DNA of 64,000 bases. It comes from an uncultured Saccharospirillum sp. (GTDB lineage Bacteria; Pseudomonadota; Gammaproteobacteria; Pseudomonadales; Natronospirillaceae). The stretch's first letter is position 1; every line of letters starts with the position of its first letter. Where the stretch lies: contig CBFGUW010000002.1 in the NCBI GenBank assembly GCA_965652395.1, positions 57,583-121,582 on the forward strand, written 5' to 3'. Shown here one piece after another: positions 59,554 through 64,000 of the stretch. Position numbers and translations under genes: made by a program. The notes beneath the pieces are model-generated. The model was given only the letters and a program-made list of their open reading frames with translations, made no database searches and was not told the origin of the DNA.

Positions 59554-60681
59554 TTATTCGTCGGCCGGTGTCATGTAGCGCCCACTGGCATAGCCGACGG
59601 TATCTCCGACCCGCACTTGCTGCCAGAAGCCTTCGGATTTGGAAGGATCGACCCAGACTTCAGCGCCGTCGCCGAGTTTCATAACGATCTCGGCATCCAG
59701 GGAAGGCTCCGCACGCACGTTCAACACCGAAGCGGTGATCGTCATCAGGATTTCCTTAGCAGGTGCCTGCTCAAGGTTGGGTTCGGGTTCTTCCTGTACT
59801 TCTGCGGTCGGAGCCTGAGCGGCATCAGACTCGGACGCCAGGGAAGAATCCGGCTCGACGGCAGGTTCCTGAGGCAGGTTTGGCGCTTCAGGCGCCTTAC
59901 TTTGCTCAACCGACGACTCGGCATTGGGCTCGAACGGCTCAATGGCGGGAGCTGGTCCACTGTCCCGGCTATTCGGCGAACCGGATGATTCCATGACCAG
60001 GTGCGACATTCTCGGAATGGTCTGGCGCCCCAATTGCAGTGGGCCCCACACCAGAAAAGCCAACACACCGGCCCCAAAAACCACCCCGGCCATGAACAGC
60101 CCAAGCCAGGCCCAACTTCGGCCCGCCGGTGGTTTTTCGTAGTGTGAATAGTTGCGCCGAACCGGATCGCTCACGCCGTAGAGGCGCCATTCCACCCGGT
60201 CGAGATAGCGCGGGTCCTCGGGCAGTAATGGCGCGAGATTTTCCTCGGCCTCCCCCTGAGTCTCTCGTTGAACCTGTTGACCGATGTCCAGAATCTCGAA
60301 TTCGGGAACATCCAGAATTCGCCCCATCAGCCTGAGCGCGAGGGGAACATGGCTGGGCATGTCGTGCGAAACCAGCAACAGCCGCCAGCAGCTCTCCACC
60401 AGGAAGGGCACCTGCTCCCGCGACAACGTTTTGGACAGCCAGCGCAACGCCTCGACATGATCGTCGACGCCCTTCTCTTCCAAAAAATCACGCCACCGCT
60501 TGCTCAATTCCGGGTCGGCATAGGGCAGCGCCTGTCGCAGTGTCGCTTCGAGATGCAGCTCACTGGCAGGATAAACATAGGCGAGCCACTGCAGCGCCAG
60601 GTGCACGGCCGCCTGGGTCGGGTCGGGGTGACGCAACCAGAAAGACGAGCTTTTCACATCAATATCAGCCAAGGATTTCAT
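59554..60681 (-). CDS. membrane-anchored protein: cytoplasmic helical N-domain, one TM, Pro/Glu-rich linker, C-terminal bacterial SH3 domain (start uncertain)
   Basis: TM WAWLGLFMAGVVFGAGVLAFLVWG; SH3_3-like C-terminus; ORF upstream of 60768 overlaps pnp terminator so earlier start unlikely. Confidence 0.4.
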   Translation of the reverse strand: MKSLADIDVKSSSFWLRHPDPTQAAVHLALQWLAYVYPASELHLEATLRQALPYADPELSKRWRDFLEEKGVDDHVEALRWLSKTLSREQVPFLVESCWRLLLVSHDMPSHVPLALRLMGRILDVPEFEILDIGQQVQRETQGEAEENLAPLLPEDPRYLDRVEWRLYGVSDPVRRNYSHYEKPPAGRSWAWLGLFMAGVVFGAGVLAFLVWGPLQLGRQTIPRMSHLVMESSGSPNSRDSGPAPAIEPFEPNAESSVEQSKAPEAPNLPQEPAVEPDSSLASESDAAQAPTAEVQEEPEPNLEQAPAKEILMTITASVLNVRAEPSLDAEIVMKLGDGAEVWVDPSKSEGFWQQVRVGDTVGYASGRYMTPADE

Positions 60682-60767
60682 AGTTCCGTCATTCAACCAT
60701 TGGCGCCGCAGGTTCGCAACAGGGCAATGCCAACAGGTCGCAGCGTCCCAACCCAATTGTGCGTCCA

Positions 60768-60794
60768 TAAAAAAACCCGGCATTTAGCCGGGTT
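60768..60794 (-). terminator. rho-independent terminator of pnp
   Basis: Minus-strand hairpin AACCCGGC-TAAAT-GCCGGGTT followed by T7 tract. Confidence 0.6.
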
Positions 60795-60820
60795 CTCATC
60801 AAGCTGCCTTGGAAAGCGAA

Positions 60821-62974
60821 TTATTCGCCTTCGGGACCTTCGACCTCGACACTGTCAGGATCAACAGCGGCGCGCTCTTCAGCGGTCACTTCGCGGATAG
60901 ACAGCTTCACACGGCCACGGTTGTCGACGTCCAGGATCTTCACGACCACGTCGTCTCCTTCACTCAGCTCATCGGTCACCTTGGCGATGCGGCGATCAGC
61001 GATCTGGGAGATGTGGACCAAACCGTCCTTACCGGGCAGGAACTGAACAAAGGCACCAAAGTCGGCGATGCGAACGACCTTGCCCTTATAAACAGAACCC
61101 GGCTCCGGCTCGGTGGTCAGGGACAGGATCTTGTCCTTGGCGGCCTGAGCGGATTCTTTGTTCGGGGCGTAGAGACGAACGGTACCGTCATCGGAAATGT
61201 CGACTTCGGAGCCGGTCTCTTCCACGATGGAACGGATGGTGGCACCGCCTTTACCGATCACGTCGCGGATCTTGTCGGTGTCGATCTTCATGGTTTCCAT
61301 GGTCGGCGCGTTCTCGGACAGCTGGCTGCGCGACTGTTGGATGACCTTCGCCATCTCACCCAGGATATGGGTACGGGCGGCGTGGGCCTGCTCCAGCGCA
61401 ATTTCCATGATCTCTTCGGTGATACCCTCGATCTTGATGTCCATCTGCAGGGCGGTCACACCGGCGTCGGTACCGGCCACTTTAAAGTCCATATCGCCCA
61501 GGTGATCTTCGTCACCCAGGATATCGGTCAATACCGCGAACTGATCGCCGTCTTTCACCAGACCCATGGCAATACCCGCTACCGGGCGTTTAACCGGCAC
61601 ACCGGCATCCATCAGGGCCAGAGAGGCACCACACACGGACGCCATGGAAGAGGAACCGTTGGATTCGGTGATTTCAGACACGACACGAATCGAGTATGGG
61701 AAATCGTCCTGTTTGGGCATGAGCGCCAAAACGCCACGCTTGGCCAGACGGCCATGACCGATCTCACGACGCCCTACCGCACCGATACGACCGGCTTCGC
61801 CGACGCTGAACGGAGGGAAGTTGTAGTGGAACATAAAGTGGTCGGTGAAGTTGCCCTGCAGCGAGTCTTCCATCTTGCCATCGCGCATGGTGCCCAGTGT
61901 GGTGGTGACCAGGGCCTGGGTTTCGCCACGTGTGAACAGAGCGGAACCATGGGCGTTGGGCAGGACACCGACTTCGACGCTGATCGGACGCACGGTCTTG
62001 TTGTCACGTCCGTCGATGCGGGGTTCGCCCTTGACGATGCGCGAGCGCACCAGTTTCTTCTCGAGCTTGGCGAAAATGGCCTGAACGTCGTCAGCCTTGG
62101 GCTGGCCGTCCTCTTCACCGGCAATGGCTGCTACCGCTTCGGCACGCAGGTTCGACAGGATGTTGTAACGCTCCATTTTGTCGGAAACCTGATACGCTTC
62201 GGCGATCTTGGCGCCAAAGCCATTGCTGACCTGTTCGATCAAGGCGGTGTTTTCAGGTTCAGGCTGGAATTCCCATTTCGGCTTACCGGCTTCGGCGGTG
62301 AACTCGGCAATGGCGGTAATGGCACCTTGGAATTCCTGGTGGGCGTAAAGAACGGCGCCCAGCATCTGGTCTTCGGACAGCTCATCCGCTTCGGACTCAA
62401 CCATCAGAACGGCATCTTTAGTACCTGCCACGACCATGTCGAGGCGGGATTCTTTCAACTGCGCGAAGGTCGGGTTCAGCAGGTAGCCTTCGGCATCGGT
62501 GTAACCTACACGGGCGGCGCCGATGGGTCCGGCGAACGGGATGCCGGAAATGCTCAGGGCGGCGGAGGTCGCGATCATGGCGCAGATATCGGGGTCATCC
62601 GTTTTGTTGGCGGAGATGACGTTCAGGATCACCTGCACTTCGTTCATGAAGCCCTTGGGGAACAGCGGGCGGATCGGGCGGTCGATCAGGCGGGAGGTCA
62701 GGGTTTCCTTCTCGGAAGGACGACCTTCACGCTTGAGGTAACCACCGGGAATTTTACCGGCGGCGTAGTATTTTTCCTGGTAGTGGACGGACAGGGGGAA
62801 GAAGTCCTGACCGGGTTTGGTGTCTTTGGCGGCGACGACGGTGGCCAGTACTTGAACATCGTCGATGGAGCACAGGACGGCTCCTGTGGCCTGACGGGCG
62901 ATACGGCCGGTTTCCAGGGTGACGGTTTTACCGCCGAATTCGAATTGCTTGGTAATCGGGTTCAAATGACTCAC
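60821..62974 (-). CDS. pnp: polynucleotide phosphorylase
   Basis: Two RNase PH domains, KH and S1 domains; GTG start with AAGGAG RBS. Confidence 0.9.
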   Translation of the reverse strand: MSHLNPITKQFEFGGKTVTLETGRIARQATGAVLCSIDDVQVLATVVAAKDTKPGQDFFPLSVHYQEKYYAAGKIPGGYLKREGRPSEKETLTSRLIDRPIRPLFPKGFMNEVQVILNVISANKTDDPDICAMIATSAALSISGIPFAGPIGAARVGYTDAEGYLLNPTFAQLKESRLDMVVAGTKDAVLMVESEADELSEDQMLGAVLYAHQEFQGAITAIAEFTAEAGKPKWEFQPEPENTALIEQVSNGFGAKIAEAYQVSDKMERYNILSNLRAEAVAAIAGEEDGQPKADDVQAIFAKLEKKLVRSRIVKGEPRIDGRDNKTVRPISVEVGVLPNAHGSALFTRGETQALVTTTLGTMRDGKMEDSLQGNFTDHFMFHYNFPPFSVGEAGRIGAVGRREIGHGRLAKRGVLALMPKQDDFPYSIRVVSEITESNGSSSMASVCGASLALMDAGVPVKRPVAGIAMGLVKDGDQFAVLTDILGDEDHLGDMDFKVAGTDAGVTALQMDIKIEGITEEIMEIALEQAHAARTHILGEMAKVIQQSRSQLSENAPTMETMKIDTDKIRDVIGKGGATIRSIVEETGSEVDISDDGTVRLYAPNKESAQAAKDKILSLTTEPEPGSVYKGKVVRIADFGAFVQFLPGKDGLVHISQIADRRIAKVTDELSEGDDVVVKILDVDNRGRVKLSIREVTAEERAAVDPDSVEVEGPEGE

Positions 62975-63027
62975 ATGAGTCTCCTTTTCAGCTTTCTTTC
63001 AGTTAAAAGGATACCGATCCCAACGAT

Positions 63028-63080
63028 GCTTCTATCAATACGCCCTTTCCTTGAGAACATGAGGACACATTGATAGAAGC
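63028..63080 (-). promoter_or_regulatory. pnp leader stem-loop (candidate RNase III autoregulatory processing site)
   Basis: 12-bp perfect inverted repeat GCTTCTATCAAT / ATTGATAGAAGC in the rpsO-pnp intergenic leader; matches known E. coli organisation. Confidence 0.5.
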
Positions 63081-63207
63081 TCCACGGTTGGGCCAGCCCA
63101 TACCGGGGAAGATATCGTTGTTCACGGCTATCCGGATTCTTGGTTTTTCACCGACCCTTACAGTAGTCGGCGGGCGGGGAGTTGCAAGCGGCAACACTGT
63201 CTTGAAA

Positions 63208-63238
63208 TGACAAGGGCTCCCGTGGGGAGCCCTTGCTG
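63208..63238 (-). terminator. rpsO terminator hairpin (partial terminator allowing read-through into pnp)
   Basis: CAAGGGCTCCC-GTGG-GGAGCCCTTG hairpin 12 nt after rpsO stop, followed by U-rich TCATTTC. Confidence 0.55.
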
Positions 63239-63250
63239 GAAATCGTTGGC

Positions 63251-63520
63251 TTAGCGACGCAGGCCCAAGCGCTTGATCAGGCTGGCGTAACGCTCAACAT
63301 CTTTGCGCTTCAGGTAGTCCAGCAGTTTACGGCGCTGGTTTACCATGCGGATCAGACCACGACGAGAGTGGTGATCTTTGCCGTTGGCTTTGAAGTGGCC
63401 TTGCAGACCTTCGATGTTGCGGGTCAGCAGGGCGACCTGAACTTCAGGAGAGCCGGTGTCGGTTTCGTTCGCACCAAACTCTTTTACGATTTCAGCTTTT
63501 TGCTCAACAGTGAGTGCCAT
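63251..63520 (-). CDS. rpsO: 30S ribosomal protein S15
   Basis: 89-aa, canonical S15 sequence ([19 protein letters not shown]). Confidence 0.9.
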   Translation of the reverse strand: MALTVEQKAEIVKEFGANETDTGSPEVQVALLTRNIEGLQGHFKANGKDHHSRRGLIRMVNQRRKLLDYLKRKDVERYASLIKRLGLRR

Positions 63521-63681
63521 GGGCTAATAACTCCACGAATGTGCCTAATAAAAGGAGTGACCACCGTGCACATTAACAGTGGCATTCCAGCCCCGATCCC
63601 ACATGGACCGAAACCGCGCGCATTATACATGAAGCCCGTGGCCGAACAAACCCAGGTTGCGGCTCCTGCCGATAACCCGTA

Positions 63682-63787
63682 CCGGTGACTGGGTAAGCTG
63701 ATACAGGGCCGGCGTGAATCCATCCATGGAGCCTGGACCGCAGCGTCCTGCTGCGGACCTCCCTGTATCAGCTTACCCAGCCACCGG
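63682..63787. repeat. intergenic hairpin repeat, copy (same orientation as 1007-1119)
   Basis: Core AATCCATCCATGGAGCCTGGACCGCAGCGTCCTGCTGCGGACC; 27-bp arms CCGGTGACTGGGTAAGCTGATACAGGG / CCCTGTATCAGCTTACCCAGCCACCGG (1 mismatch). Confidence 0.7.
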
Positions 63788-63846
63788 TACTAGCCATGAG
63801 CGGAAAAATAAATCTCTTCGGCTTACCCGCAATGGAGTTCGTTCGT

Positions 63847-64000
63847 TAACCAGCAGGATTAGCCACAACCCGAACGGGCTGCAACTCCCCCTGCTCGGTC
63901 ACCTCTCCCACACCAAGGAAGCGACCGGTGCCCTCTTCACGCACCCGTACCTGTCCGGGCGCCATTGGAGCAATACGATCCACCGGGTTGCCGTGACTGA
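63847..64000 (-). CDS. truB: tRNA pseudouridine(55) synthase TruB, C-terminal (PUA) fragment; gene continues beyond window end
   Basis: Minus-strand translation ...GRFLGVGEVTEQGELQPVRVVANPAG* resembles TruB PUA C-terminus; conserved truB-rpsO-pnp order. Confidence 0.65.

Noticed and set aside
60809-63073. 754-aa plus-strand ORF antisense to pnp
   Set aside because: Gly/Val/Asp-rich low-complexity translation typical of an antisense frame in a high-GC gene. The pnp frame is unambiguous.

Overview
This 64-kb window is a chromosomal segment of a high-GC (~58%) gammaproteobacterium. The gene content suggests a marine polysaccharide degrader of the Cellvibrionales/Alteromonadales type, but that is inference.

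Content in order along the window:
- A starch/maltodextrin locus with divergent GH13 type-I pullulanase and GH14 beta-amylase genes, a MalT-like STAND/LuxR regulator, an orphan MalE-like binding protein, and a CUT1 ABC importer with a solute-binding-protein-coupled OmpR/EnvZ-type two-component system.
- Housekeeping genes: pfkA, flagellar stator motAB, xseB-ispA-dxs, ubiH/ubiI, trmL, pnp-rpsO-truB.
- Two PilZ c-di-GMP receptors and an MSHA-type type IV pilus assembly cluster (mshI to mshG with a c-di-GMP-binding MshE). The pilin genes are not in the window.

The most unusual region is 28.8-38.8 kb, a co-directional, tightly packed, membrane-associated module. It encodes a DUF2170(YjfI)-like protein, a PspA/IM30 protein, an NfeD/YqiJ-like membrane protein, a flotillin, a 1751-aa protein ending in a MoxR/AAA_5-type ATPase, and a translationally coupled rhomboid protease. 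It is preceded by three spaced copies of the perfect palindrome TTACATGTAA. I cannot assign it to a described system.

Also notable:
- An isolated DnaT-like plus lambda-P-like gene pair with no other phage genes nearby, a candidate domesticated helicase loader.
- Two intergenic repeat families: a ~290-bp palindromic MITE-like element whose two copies differ by compensatory stem changes, and a ~100-bp hairpin element (at least five copies) with a conserved core and copy-specific complementary arms.
- A 3 x 52-bp tandem repeat upstream of the malT-like gene.
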